From NCBI RefSeq assembly GCF_009914755.1, contig NC_060934.1: DNA of 64,000 nt; one strand, written 5' to 3'. Below, piece after piece: positions 1 to 16,865 of this stretch; the stretch's first letter is position 1, and each line of letters opens with the position of its first letter. This DNA comes from the human T2T-CHM13v2.0 reference genome, Homo sapiens. The notes beneath the pieces were generated by a model, which searched no databases, was not told where the DNA came from, and worked only from the letters and a program-made list of their open reading frames with translations. Both the position numbers and the translations under genes were made by a program.

Positions 1-263
1 GTTTTACTTCTATCATTTGAAACAAGGAGGATCTCATCTGTCTCCATGAGGAAGAAACATTTGACAGCACTGTTAGGACATTGATACTTTTAAAACTATA
101 TGCGAGGTTGTAAAATATTTGAAACAACAACGGCTTGAAAATACTGTGCATTTCTACACAGTTTTGTCAGGAGTTTAATAAGGTGGCAAATACCAATAGA
201 CAAAACCCTATGGAGATTGCACCATAGCTAGGAAGTGGATTATTTCCATAGAGAAGTTGGCTG

Positions 264-709
264 GTATACTGGGTAGAATAGTATCTCCTCAAAAATCCAT
301 GTCCTTTGCAAGACCTCAGAATGTGATCCCATTTAGAAATAGGGCCTTTGTAGATGTAATTAAGATGTAAATTAACGGCATTTTGAAGTACGGTGGGCCC
401 TAATCCAATATGACCAATGTCCTTAGAAGAAGAAGAGGAGAAAACACACAGAGAGTACCATGTAATGAAGGGGGCAGAGATTGGAGTAACTCATCTACAA
501 GCCAGGGAATGCCCAACATGGTCAGCTAAAAAGAAGCTAAGAGAAAGGAGAGGAGCAGCTTCTCCCCAGAGTCTTCAGAGAGAGCAGGGCTCTAGCAATA
601 CCTTGAATTCAGACTTCTGGCCTCCACAACTATGGAAGCATAAATGTCTGGTGTTTTCAGCCATCCAGCTTGGGATACTTTGTTACTGCGACCTTAGAAA
701 ACTAATACA
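264..709 (+). mobile_element. MaLR solo LTR (MLT1C-like)
   Basis: acctcagaatgtga...aaatagggcctttgtagatgtaatt...gacttctggcctcca...aaactaataca are MLT1 hallmarks. Confidence 0.8.
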
Positions 710-1924
710 ATTGGGAACATTGAACTCTATTTTATAGTCAAGAACTGGGTGCAGATGTTCATTACACACTGCTTCCTGATTTGCTTTCTGTCTCTCTTGT
801 TTGCTGTCTGGGAAGGGACCCCACTGAGCCATGAGCTCTAGATTCTGTACAGTGGGCAGATGACATGGACCATGGCACGTGTTCCTTCTGGATCCTGCCC
901 CAGGTCAAGGTGGTTGGAAACTCTCCCTGGCCCTGGAAGCCATTAAGGCTCAGACTCACATCACCATGGCCCTCTCCTAGGAGGGACTCAAGGCTGGCAT
1001 GGCTCTGCATGGCAGGCATGGTGGATCAGGGCACCTACCCAGCTCAGCCAGCCTCTGGTGCCCCTTCCTCTGAGCCAGGTGGTGGCAGCAGCCCTGGGCA
1101 GAAGAGACAGCAAGGAAGTGGTCTCATGGAAGCCCAGTGGAGCAGAGACATGAGGAAATAAATCACATTTCATCCAACTTTAGGCAGGAAAAGCAGGGAT
1201 TCGCCGCCTCCCTCATTTTCTTTCTCTTCCCAGAACAATCATTAAACTTTTCCCATGCTCAGCCACCCCTTTCCCCCTAAAAAAGAAAAAATTTTCCTTA
1301 CGCTTACTACTCATTGGACCTGATTTTTCTCATTCATGAAATGATTATTGTCAGGATTTAGGAATATGCCTTTCCTAAGAGTTGCATTAACCACTTCACG
1401 CAAATGAGGAATCATTTTGAGAAACCTAAGAATAATTCTTAAGTGACCTAATATGTCACTTAATATTCTCCATTGAAACATGCTGCATCTGAAACTCCCT
1501 TAAATAAATACAATAAATAATGAGGTGCTACAACATGTTCAAACCCTGAGAAAACTCCAGTTTGGGAGATTAACATTATGGGCACTTATTCCCCACCCAC
1601 CCTGACTAGGTTTTGTTGTTATTGAATTGAAAGAAAATAGACCTTCGGAGAGTGAATGCATATTGTAAAGAAAAGAAATGTCATCATAGGGCATCCTTTT
1701 TGTCTTGACTTGATAAATATAAGTTATTGGCAAATAGCAAGGTGCCAAACAAAATAAAGAATAAAATTCTTAAGAAAGTCAAGGGGAATAGTACAAATTC
1801 TGCTTCACTGCTGAAAAATAATAGCTCTCACTTCGTTAATGAATAGAGACTCCCATTCTTCTCTGGTATCTCTAGGCTTGAATAGCAAGTCCAAGTAACT
1901 ATTTTCAGATGTAATCTCTTAAGC

Positions 1925-2055
1925 ATAAATTATTTAAAGGCAGAGATCTTTGTCAGTTGTGTTCAATGGTGTATTCTATATGCCTGGATGAGTTCCTGTT
2001 ATGCAGTAAGCATTCAATAAGTATGTTGTATGACTAGAGAAATACGTTGAATGAA
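1925..2055 (+). mobile_element. L2 3' end fragment
   Basis: cagtaagcattcaataagtatgttg...gttgaatgaa terminal motif. Confidence 0.55.
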
Positions 2056-2244
2056 GAGATGATTAAGTAAAAGTCACTATCAGATGAATTTATATGTTAT
2101 ATGGCACCTCTCTCTTCATACTCACCAGTGACCTCAGCCTCCAAAGTTGTTCTCAATTTCATGTGTGGGGAAAAGAGAGATCGCGAACAAGAGACAGGCA
2201 GAGAGAAAGAGAGAGAATGAATTTTGTGAATAGTCTAGCAGGCT

Positions 2245-2440
2245 CTGTGTGGTGTATCAAGTGATAGAAAGAGAACCACTGGAATGAAATTTTGGAGAGC
2301 TTGGTCTAAACTATGGCTGTACCATACTTGTACAATTTTGAGCAAATCATTTAAACTCTCTAGACCATGTTATGTCACCGGGGAAGTGAAATAGATGATT
2401 GCTTAAATCCCTTCTAACTCTGCCATTTTATGATTATATG
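2245..2440 (+). mobile_element. MIR
   Basis: gagcaaatcatttaaactctct core and cccttctaactctgccattttatgatt end. Confidence 0.6.
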
Positions 2441-2789
2441 ATACTGGATTTGGAGGAGAGGATTAGGGAAACAGAAGGCACAGGGCATGACATGGGAGAG
2501 GAGAAAGTTCAGAGAGAATGAGGAGGGAGTTAAAGGAGATCTGAGAATTAGGGCAGCGAGGTAAAAGTAGAAATGTCATTGCAGTTAGATGCAGAAGACT
2601 TCTCACTACTGGGCGTGTCTTTGAATTTAAGTTTGCCATTCATTCAGTCAATACTTGTTGAAAATCTATGTGGTGCCCTTGAGTTGGATTGGAAAGACAG
2701 GTAGGAATGTAGTAGTGTCTACAGCTCTCCAGGAGTTTACAATCTAAGAAAATACTGCTATAATGATGCATACTTGAAAGTTTAAAGTA

Positions 2790-3130
2790 CAGTTTGTCCT
2801 TAAACAACATGGGTTTGAATTGCCCCGTTTCACTTATTTATGGATTTTCTTCAACCAAATGCAGATGGCAAATGCAATACTCATGGGATGCAAAACCCAC
2901 ATATACAGAGGACCAACTATTGGTATAAGCAAGACCCAGTAGGGCTAAACAAACCCCCAGTTTGTGGCATTTGCCTATTTCTTTGGTGTAAATACTCCCA
3001 GCATGGTTGATTTCAAGCTGTGCATGTGACATCACTGAAGGTGATATTAAAAATAAATGCTCAGCACAGTACAAGCAGTCTGCTACACATAGTGTCAGAG
3101 GAGTGAGCCCCAGGTTCAACAGCACCACCT
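2790..3130. mobile_element. Adjacent non-autonomous DNA transposon fragments (MER8-like then MER63-like)
   Basis: cagtttgtccttaaacaacatgggtttgaa (Tigger2/MER8 end) and ggtgtaaatactcccagcatggttgatttcaagct (MER63-like). Confidence 0.6.
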
Positions 3131-3172
3131 CCCTCCCAGCTAGACAGTGGAATGAAAGTAAAGGCCATGGTT

Positions 3173-3207
<35 letters not shown>

Positions 3208-3209
3208 AC
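3173..3209. repeat. (CA)n microsatellite
   Basis: Direct reading. Confidence 0.95.
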
Positions 3210-6096
3210 TTACTCAGCATTACTAATAGAGATTATTGCCAACGAGCAATAATTTTTTTCATAATAAGGATATTTGTACCTTTTGTTTCAGTTGGTAAAG
3301 AAGGCCTCAAAAATCTCTTGGTTATGAATAATAAGAAAATGCCATTAATGTCTTCAGTGCCTGTGCATACCCTTCTAAATATCCACTTTGAAACCAGTTA
3401 TTGTCCACTGCTCCATATCCTTACTCTCAGTACAGCTCAGTCAGCAAGTTCTATAAATGTTGCAACCTTTTCTTCTCCCAGTTTCTTTTTACTGCCCAAG
3501 TTCTCATTTGAGACCTTATGATTGTTCATCAGAATCTCTGTAACGGCCACATAACTGATATATCTAATTTACTCACACATATACAACTCCCAAATTAGTC
3601 CTCTAGTACCAATTATGTTGTCATTTCCAGAAAGATAGACCACTCCCCTATCTTACCGTAATAGCCCAAAGAATATGTTATTGCAAGCAACAGAATTGCA
3701 GTTGGGCTAACTTAAGCAAAAAGTAAGTTTACTGAAAGGATATTGGATTGCTCCAAAATTCAGAAGTAAGGCTAAGAACCCAAACCAAGGACATGAGCAG
3801 GAAGCAAGTGAGGTTGACAACATTCAAGGGTAAGACTGGCTAATACCACTGCCTTCAAGTAATAGCTTTGGAAGCTGAGCTATCTACCCCTCTGACATCA
3901 CTATGAATAATCTCGAATACTCCCTATGCCATTCCTCTGAAATTGAAAGTGCTGGTTGGAGCATACCACTTCCAATCCCAAGTCGTATTTCCACACTTCA
4001 AAGTCACATTAAGTTACTCTATCATCTTTATTTACACAACATGCATCTCTGGATGATAGCAATTCTTATTCTCATTGTATCAGAATTAAGCTTGAAAATT
4101 CTGCAACATTTGTGCCAAATTATAATATTAACCAGCAACAATAAACCCTCCATGTATACTTTCGTGTTGTATAATATAGAGCAAATGGAAGGGAAATTAA
4201 TCAAAATACATAAATTCATACAAGTTATAAAGAGGAGAAAAATGCTAAGTGGTTAACTGCCTACTAAATAAGTTTCTTATTCTTTAGTACACCTACTGAC
4301 TTGTCTGTCTCTGTCTATAAAATGATCCCATCAAACAGGATCATTTGTCTTTCTCAAGTCATTACCCTTATCCCCTCATCTCCATGATTTTAGTCCTACC
4401 ACTTCTCTGGCTGAGAAAGCACAGCCCTTTATCTCCTCTTGTGTAAATCCTCCTCCAATTTCAGGGGCAGAGCGAAAGCTGCTTTCTTCATGAATTTATC
4501 CTTAATCCTCCCCACAGGAAACCACGCTCTGAGATTGTCTTAGTCTTAACTTTGCAGTTCTTCTATAGTATATCTTATAAGGTATTGTTGATATCTGTAG
4601 CTTTTTCTCTGTCATTTTTAGTTCCTCCTCATTGAAAAATCCACATTGTCGTTTTTTTTTTTTTTTTGATTTGGCAAGAATGAGTGATCTTTAACTTCAA
4701 AGTTGATTGAGAAAAATGTAAAATAAATTTCAAGTCAATATATAACATAGAGTAGGTATGTATTGTATGTAATATAACAATTGTAGATAAATTATTTAAA
4801 ACTTGGTTTTAATACAAGTGTCATTTTTATGATTTTGGTTCAGTTAGTGATTCATAAGGCCTCGTTTTAAAATGAATAGTGATAAATGTATAAAAGCCGA
4901 AAGGAAATGATTATCAGGCAATCCTGATTCACTTATTGGATTATAGAATATTATTAGATTTTAAATCTATTATTGTGGGTCATGAAGTCCTTACTGTTTG
5001 TCAAAAGATGGGTTAATTCCTTTTTGCTCCTAGAAGGGATATTAGATTTGAAGGCAAAAACATTAGAGCCAGAAAATGCCATTAAATGCTAATACCAGGC
5101 AGGCTTAAGGGAGTAAAACCTGGATTCCCTGCTTGTCAGCCTTTGGAGGAGTCTGCCTGTTATACTAGGAGCTGGTTCTTACTTGGTTGCCTGCTGATCA
5201 TCAGGCTGGAAGGAATTTTGTTGAATTAGGAGGAGGAACTCCAAATGACAACCATGGAAAAATCAGTCTCAGTGTGAACTATATTCCATTAGCTTGAATT
5301 TCACAAGTGTCTCATCCAGAACTCAAAGATAAAACACAAATCACTGTCCCAACACTCTGTCTTAAAGATGAAGCCTTTTACGTGAATGATGACGTTGGCC
5401 ACATAAACACATATGCATTAATATATATGTAACATAACATATATATATATATAATAAAACATAACATGGTAACTTAGTCATTTCACAACCATATGGAAAC
5501 AATAATCAATTCCTAAATTCCTGGTCACTTTTGGAAATTATAACCTTTGCTGACTCTTATTTTCACTCAGAAAAGCTCAGCATCCAAATGTTTTACCAGG
5601 CCAAGTATGTCAGAGAGGTTCTGTGGGCTTTTCACAGCCAGGGTCAGTCTGGCCCTGTTTTGTTCTCTTGGGCTATGAGAGGCTACATTTATTAAGATTT
5701 TTCTGATTCCCTGGAACACATATGTTGTTTGCTGGAAAGCATCCAGACTTTATAAAAACAAGTTCATTTGTTGCCTAAGAAATAGGAGAATGCAACACTG
5801 TTTTACTTAATAGTCTAAGTTTTAAGAAAAGATTTTTTTTTCAAATAGAAAAACAAGAGACTTTCCCAGAATGACCAGTTTTTGTTTTGTTTGTTTTGCA
5901 GTAGCATCTTATTGATGTGTAAGAATATTTCACCCAGAAAGGACCAGTTGCTATTTGTAGAAATAGCTGAAAATGAGGGCCTGGGTGGGATTCATGGTTC
6001 AACAAACAGTGACTGTGTATACATATATGAGTTTTCATTTTTCACCAATGTAAAGTTGCTCAAAATAGAAAGCATGGGATTAGAGAAATAACCAGC

Positions 6097-6368
6097 TTCC
6101 AGGTACAGTGGCTCATGCCTGTAATTCCAGCACTTTGGAAGGCTGAGGCAGATGTAACACCTGAGGTCAGGTGTTTGAGACCACCCTGGCCAACATGGTG
6201 AAGTCCCGTCTCTACTAAAAATACAAAAATTAGCTAAATGTGGTGGCGCATGCCTGTAATCTCAACTACTTGGGAAGATGAGGCAGAAGAATTGCTTGAA
6301 CCCAGGAGGCGGAGGTTGCAGTGAGCTGAGATCATGTCACTGCACTCCAGCCTGGGGGACAGAAAAGA
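6097..6368 (+). mobile_element. AluS, lacking its final bases and poly(A) tail
   Basis: Dimeric Alu with A-rich linker, ending at ...cctgggggacagaaaagag. Confidence 0.9.
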
Positions 6369-8621
6369 GTTGACAAGCTCATGGCTGGTTTTTTTTTTTT
6401 TCACAGTACACATGACTAAGCAATTTAAAGACCAGTCCAAGAACCAAAATATCAAAACCTTGTGTTTTGCCCTTCCTTCCTCTTCTGATGGTAATGTAAC
6501 TCATGTTATGCTGGTGACGTGTGCGCCCTGTCGGTTTCCATATATACATCTTTTAGCTTACATCTTCGTACTTGAGCCATCCAGTTCTGACCAACAATCT
6601 CCAAGAACACGTGTTATATAATGGGACGAGATAACCCAACACAACTTAATCTAATCACATTTAGTTGTTTCTATTAGGAAGGCAGAAATTCATGTAAACC
6701 TCTTTGTTTTATAAAATAATGATACAGTCGTATACAATACTCTAAAGTTTAGGTTAAGCTACTCATTCACATTCCTCAAAAGTTACTCTTCCGTTAAACA
6801 TAGCTATGTTTGTCTTTGTCTTCAGTGCTGATCACTGTTAACTGGAAGTTATGGTATCACAGCCACTTGTTCTATTTGATTGCATCATAAAGTAGTTGAG
6901 ATATTGCACCTGGAAGGTCTCTAATAGACAATTGTAGAATAATATCTGAGTCTTGAGTGGTCTTCTCTAATGCCCATGTCACTAAATGATTTGTCTCTCA
7001 TTTGACCTTTCTAAGACAGATAAAACTGTTGTTCCCAAAGTGCATGTGAAATTTGACACTTCCTTCACTGATAGATTGTCTAAAACTCCTAGAATTTTTT
7101 TATTGTATATATTTACGGTATGTGTTGAGAGATGGCTTCTAACTTACCATTCTCAGCCTTTTATACTAAGAGAAAGATCTGATTATGTTTTGGTACCAAA
7201 GCACCTGCTCATAATTTCTGTGAGTAACAGCTTTCCACTCATAGGACCGATGATGATTTTCTCTTTCTCAGCCCTATATCAGCTAGCCAAGAATATAATG
7301 CATGTCCTATCATCTGATATATTCATTATTTCCTCTGTAATTTTAGGGTTTTATGGGGAAGAACGTGAGTATAGGTGAGTCTGAATCAGGTGTCAGTTTG
7401 TTGAATACCAACCAAAAACGGTAGACTTAACCCTGTAAGGCGTTGGAGAACCATTTTTGAGCAGAGTTCTTCCTTTGGGAAATGTGTGCTGGAAGAAATG
7501 TGAACATTGAATTAAAAGAGGAATGTATTTAATAATACTGGGCCTAAAGTTAGAAGTCAGGAGTTGAGGATTTGGGGAATGCTTTAGCTATTAAATAAAC
7601 TTTGCAGTCAATATGAGCTAGAGCTATCAGTGAGCAACAGCGTTAAATTAGGCCAAGTACACAACCTCGTCCAACATTGCATATAATTGTGGCCACACTA
7701 ACACTGATATGTCAGACTGGGAACTATAGCACCGTATGGAAATGATTAAACAGGAATGAATCTGTAATCCACAGGGGACCTTCTGGGTTGCAGGCCTTAT
7801 GGCAGGAAAAAAATGGCCAGCAACCACACTCCTTTTTTATATTTTTAATATATTCTATCACTTTTACCTATGTTTTAGATTATTGGGGGTTATACGAAGG
7901 CAGCAAATTCATCATGTATGCAATTTCAGCCATTTGCAGTGGTATCACTATTTTTGGTTATGGAGGAATTCTTTATAATCCTGGCAAATATTGATATTGG
8001 GTAAAAGCGATAACTCTTTTGGGGCCTCTTAAGACATTCTGTTTCTTCAGATCTTATTTTCTTTCAAGTCTGCAGCCTCTGTATGTGCTGGAGGAAAGGA
8101 AGAACTCTGATAATAGGGTTTTCACTTTTCCACCTCAATCTCATGTTTCCTCTGAATGACATCGCCCATCATCCACTGCCCAGCTATCTTCTCCAAAACT
8201 CCTCTTTTATTAGTGAGTAGCTTCCTGCTTTCAGGTAACCTGCCTCTGGATGTGTGTACATGCATGCACACATATTTATACAAATCACGTATACATACAT
8301 AAGTGCATTTATGTTGTGTTAAGTCTGAATTTTTTCCAGCTCCCTCTTATGTTAATTTTATTTAGCTTTGGCCTCGACTAGCTGCAGTTATTCACTTTGA
8401 AAATAGTTATCATTTTGTGCTTGGCATCTCTTCTCAGGTACTTGTTAGCTTCCATATTGGACATAAGTTCTGGAAAATTCTCCATTTTCTTCACTCTTGT
8501 CTCTCTGTCTGGCTTTTGACATTTGGTCATGGCCAAACAAGCCTTCCTGATTCCTTATACTACACACACTCTGTGTACTTTCCCACGCATGCCAGGACTC
8601 TCTGAGTCTTTAGTCAAATAG

Positions 8622-8638
8622 AGGTCAAATAGAGGTCA
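8622..8638 (+). promoter_or_regulatory. Perfect DR5 nuclear-receptor motif (candidate RAR/RXR element)
   Basis: AGGTCA aatag AGGTCA. Motif only, no binding data. Confidence 0.4.
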
Positions 8639-9119
8639 TGTTCCATCTTTCTAGGAATATTTAAGCTGTTAAATATATGGAAATGAAATAAGATCAAATT
8701 ATTCTTTTCTCTTTCCCTATTACAGAGGATGATTTTTTAAAGTAAAAAAGAAATTAATATTTGTATACTTTATGAAGGGCTCTTATGGAGACATAAGCAC
8801 AAAGTTATAATTCACAATAACCTCAAAACAAGAGTACTTATAATTGCAGCTACTAAATTATAAGTTTCCTCCCTCATAGTTTTCTTGTAATCTTTATTTA
8901 TTTATTTATTTATTATTATACTTTAAGTTTTAGGGTACATGTGCACAATGTGCAGGTTAGTTACATATGTATACATGTGACATGCTGGTGCGCTGCACCC
9001 ACTAACTCGTCATCTAGCATTAGGTATATCTCCCAATGCTATCCCTCCCCCCTCCCCCCACCCCACAACAGTCCCCAGAGTGTGACGTTCCCCTTCCTGT
9101 GTCCATGTGTTCTCATTGT

Positions 9120-12953
<3,834 letters not shown>

Positions 12954-13016
12954 TATGATGTTAGCTGGTTATTTTGTTCGTTAGTTGATGTAGTTTCTTT
13001 CTAGTCTCGATGGTCT

Positions 13017-14033
13017 TTACATTTTGGCATGATTTTGCAGTGGCTGGTACCGGTTGTTCCTTTCCGTGTTTAGCGCTTCCTTCAGGAGCTCTTTTAGGGC
13101 AGGCCTGGTGGTGACAAAATCTCTCAACATTTGCTTGTCTGTAAAGTATTTTATTTCTCCTTCATTTATGAAGCTTAGTTTGGCTGGATATGAAATTCTG
13201 GGTTGAAAATTCTTTTTTTTAAGAATGTTGAATATTGGCCCCCACTCTCTTCTGGCTTGTAGAGTTTCTGCTGAGAGATCTGCTGTTATTCTGATGGGCT
13301 TCCCTTTGTAGGTAACCCGACCTTTCTTTCTGGCTGCCCTTAACATTTTTTCCTTCATTTCAACTTTGGTGAATCTGACAATTATGTGTCTTTGTGTTGC
13401 TCTTCTCGAGGAGTATCTTTGTGGCGTTCTCTGTATTTCCTGAATCTGAATGTTCGCCTGCCTTGCTAGATTGGGGAAGTTCTCCTGGATAATATCCTGC
13501 AGAGTGTTTTCCAACTTGGTTCCATTCTCCCTGTCACTTTCAGGTACACCAATCAGACGTAGATTTGGTCTTTTCACATAGTCCCATATTTCTTGGAGGC
13601 TTTGCTCGTTTCTTTTTATTCTTTTTCCTCTAAACTTCCCTTCTCGCTTCATTTCATTCAGTTCATCTTCCATCGCTGATACCCTTTCTTCCAGTTGATC
13701 GCATCGGCTCCTGAGGCTTCTGCATTCTTCACGTAGTTTTCGAGCCTTGGTTTTCAGCTCCATCAGCTCCTTTAAGCACTTCTCTGTATTGGTTATTCTA
13801 GTTATACATTCTTCTAAATTTTTTTCAAAGTTTTCAACTTCTTTGCCTTTGGTGTGAATGTCCTCCCATAGCTCGGAATAATTTGATCGTCTGAAGCCTT
13901 CTTCTCTCAGCTCGTCAAAGTCATTCTCCATCCAGCTTTGTTCTGTTGCTGGTGAGGAACTGTGTTCCTTTGGAGGAGGAGAGGTGCTCTGCTTTTTAGA
14001 GTTTCCAGTTTTTCTGCTCTGTTTTTTCCCCAT
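13017..14033 (-). CDS. L1 ORF1p (338 aa, uninterrupted)
   Basis: MGKKQSRKTGNSK...YQPLQNHAKM with coiled coil, RRM and CTD. ARR and YPAKLS motifs are present. Confidence 0.93.
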   Translation of the reverse strand: MGKKQSRKTGNSKKQSTSPPPKEHSSSPATEQSWMENDFDELREEGFRRSNYSELWEDIHTKGKEVENFEKNLEECITRITNTEKCLKELMELKTKARKLREECRSLRSRCDQLEERVSAMEDELNEMKREGKFRGKRIKRNEQSLQEIWDYVKRPNLRLIGVPESDRENGTKLENTLQDIIQENFPNLARQANIQIQEIQRTPQRYSSRRATQRHIIVRFTKVEMKEKMLRAARKKGRVTYKGKPIRITADLSAETLQARREWGPIFNILKKKNFQPRISYPAKLSFINEGEIKYFTDKQMLRDFVTTRPALKELLKEALNTERNNRYQPLQNHAKM

Positions 14034-14940
14034 TTTTGTGGTTTTATCTACTTTTGGTCTTTGATGATGGTGATGTACAGATGGGTTTTTGGTGTGGATG
14101 TCCTTTCTGTTTGTTAGTTTTCCTTCTAACGGACAGGACCCTCAGCTGCAGGTCTGTTGGAGTACCCGGCCGTGTGAGGTGTCAATCTGCCCTTGCTGGT
14201 GGGTCCCTCCCAGTTAGGCTGCTCGGGGGTCAGGGGTCAGGGACCCACTTGAGGAAGCAGTCTGCCCGTTCTCAGATCTCTAGCTGTGTACTGGGAGAAC
14301 CACTGCTCTCTTCAAAGCTGTCAGACAGGGACATTTAAGTTTGCAGAGGTTACTGCTGTCTTTTTGTTTGTCTGTGCCCTGCCCCCAGAGGTGGAGCCTA
14401 CAGAGGCCCGCAGGCCTCCTTGAGCTGTGGTGGGCTCCACCCAGTTCCAGCTTCCTGGCTGCTTTGTTTACCTAAGCAAGCCTGAGCAATGGCAGGTGCC
14501 CCTCCCCCAGCCTCGCTGCCGCCTTGCAGTTTGATCTCAAACTGCTGCGTTAGCAATCAGCGAGACTCTGTGGGCCTAGGACACTCCGAGCCAGGTGTGG
14601 GATATAATCTCCTGGTGCTCCGTTTTTTAGGCCCGTCGGAAAAGCGCAGTATTTGGGTGGGAGTGACCCGATTTTCCAGGTGCCGTCTGTCACCACTTTC
14701 TTTGACTAGGAAAGGGAACTCCCTGACCCCTTGCTCTTCCCGAGTGAGGCAATGCCTCGCCCTGCTTCGGCTCGCGCACGGTGCATGCACCCACTGACCT
14801 GCGTCCACTGTCTGGCACTCCCTAGTGAGATGAACCCGGTACCTCAGATGGAAATGCAGAAATCACCCATCTTCTGCGTCGCTCACGCTAGGAGCTGTAG
14901 ACCGGAGCTGTTCCTATTTGGCCATCTTGGCTCCTCCCCT
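14034..14940. promoter_or_regulatory. L1 5'UTR: internal sense promoter (- strand) and antisense promoter (+ strand)
   Basis: Complete, CpG-containing 5'UTR. YY1 site CAAGATGGCC intact (ggccatcttg at 14920-14929). Promoter activity is inferred from family knowledge. Confidence 0.7.
14489..14797 (+). CDS. L1 ORF0 (antisense ORF of the primate L1 5'UTR), 102-aa version
   Basis: MAGAPPPASLPPCSLISNCC... is the ORF0 N-terminus. ATG lies ~452 nt from the L1 5' end in a strong Kozak context (GCAATGG). Internal donors CCAG|GTGTGG (14594/5) and CCAG|GTGCCG (14679/80). Confidence 0.8.
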   Translation: MAGAPPPASLPPCSLISNCCVSNQRDSVGLGHSEPGVGYNLLVLRFLGPSEKRSIWVGVTRFSRCRLSPLSLTRKGNSLTPCSSRVRQCLALLRLAHGACTH

Positions 14941-15381
14941 CTTTTGTAATCTTTTTGAATGCTGTTACTAAAATGCCTGCCAGAGACAGTTACCCATTTG
15001 TAACAGGTGCATTATATTTTACAATGAGCATTTTTACTGTCTATATCACTGCGTATGACAATGTTTGGCAACAACATAATTTCTGCACTTTAAAACTGAA
15101 GTTCTACTTGCATATCATTTTTTCCTTCAAAACAGACAATTTTCCTTTTCTCTAAACATATTAATCATAAAGGTAAAAATCCATCAGATTATCCTTGGGC
15201 ACTTTAGGCTTTTATGGAACTTGTATGAAATTCTTGAGCACATTTCATTGAATTTCATTGCAAATTATCAGTGTGATGTAATTTTTATTCCTATAAGAAA
15301 TATGTTTCTACTGCTGTGCAAACATTAAATGAACAATGAAACTTAACGTCTTGTGGGAGGGCAAAGAAACACCTACAATAT

Positions 15382-15574
15382 CAGGAACTGGAACTGTCTG
15401 CATAGCACAAAGTGAAGTGGAGTATGGTAATCAGAGAGATGTCTTGGTTACTGGGAATGTCGAAGTTCCTAAATGCCAGGAATTGGAACTGTCTGCATAG
15501 CACAAAGTGAAGTGGAGTATGGTAATCAGAGAGATGTCTTGGTTACTAGGAATGTCAAAGTTCCGAAATGCCAG
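15382..15574. repeat. Tandem duplication, 95-bp period, two copies
   Basis: caggaa(c/t)tggaactgtctgcatagc... starts at 15382 and 15477, with 4 mismatches. Confidence 0.93.
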
Positions 15575-16332
15575 TTCCTAAATTCCTTATCCTAGGTGTT
15601 TTTTTTTTTTTCTTAAATATTTTCCTTTCCTCTCTTTTAAGATCTAGTAGAAAACAAAAATGGCAGATTTATTCTTTTAAATATATATACATGTATATAC
15701 AACATCATCTGCAAAAGTCCTTTATGTAAAATCACATAAAACTTCTGAAGCAATTGGTAAAGACCTGTAGGATGCATATGAAATGAATGACAGAGTTCTT
15801 TACTTAATTATAAGTTTATATTCAAATATATTCGAAAATTTTTTTTTAAAGACCTTTCCAATTTCTATATTGTTGATCTATGCTTTTACTATTTATGATT
15901 TATTCCATGGAAATAGTCAATGAAAGCATTCTTCAGTTCGTCCATTTTGATTATGTAACTCCATATTAATTATCAAGAAAAGTAAAATTACTATTTAAAC
16001 CACTGATTTATTATTCATCAATGTCAGAAATATTGATTGAACACACATCTCATGCCATTTACTCTTTTGGGCATTAGGATGTCAGTGTATTCTCAAAGAG
16101 AGGTTAAAACCTGTCCAATATGATTTGGAGTGTCCAAGCTCTATTTGAAGTCACAATTTTGAGGAAAACCTGAGTAAAGACCTGGTGAAGTTGCTGTTGT
16201 AGTGATGCAATTACAATTTCCTGACAAAGCACAAGTATAGCTTTGATTGTGGGATTTTCTGTTGTTTCAGAATCCTTTTTCTCAAAACTAATTTGTACAC
16301 TGATTCCCTAAATTCTAAAGCAACATTTCTTA

Positions 16333-16676
<344 letters not shown>

Positions 16677-16865
16677 TGATGTTTATGTGCTTGTCACATT
16701 ACTTGCACAATAAAGACAAGGGTAAACATTTTATTGTACATTTTAAGCGTTGGATTACTGAATATTAAAAGGGATTTGGAGAAATTAAAAAATTAAAAGT
16801 CTAAGAGAAAAGTATCACATACAATGTACAGACTGAAACATAGGTTCTAAGGGATATTGGTCCAA

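Noticed and set aside
762-1173. Overlapping short ORFs in a GC-richer patch
   Set aside because: No recognisable domain or convincing splice-site pair. Possibly an old LTR fragment that I could not name.
15382-15574. CRISPR-like or prokaryotic repeat array
   Set aside because: Only two copies with no spacers, in a primate Alu/L1 context.
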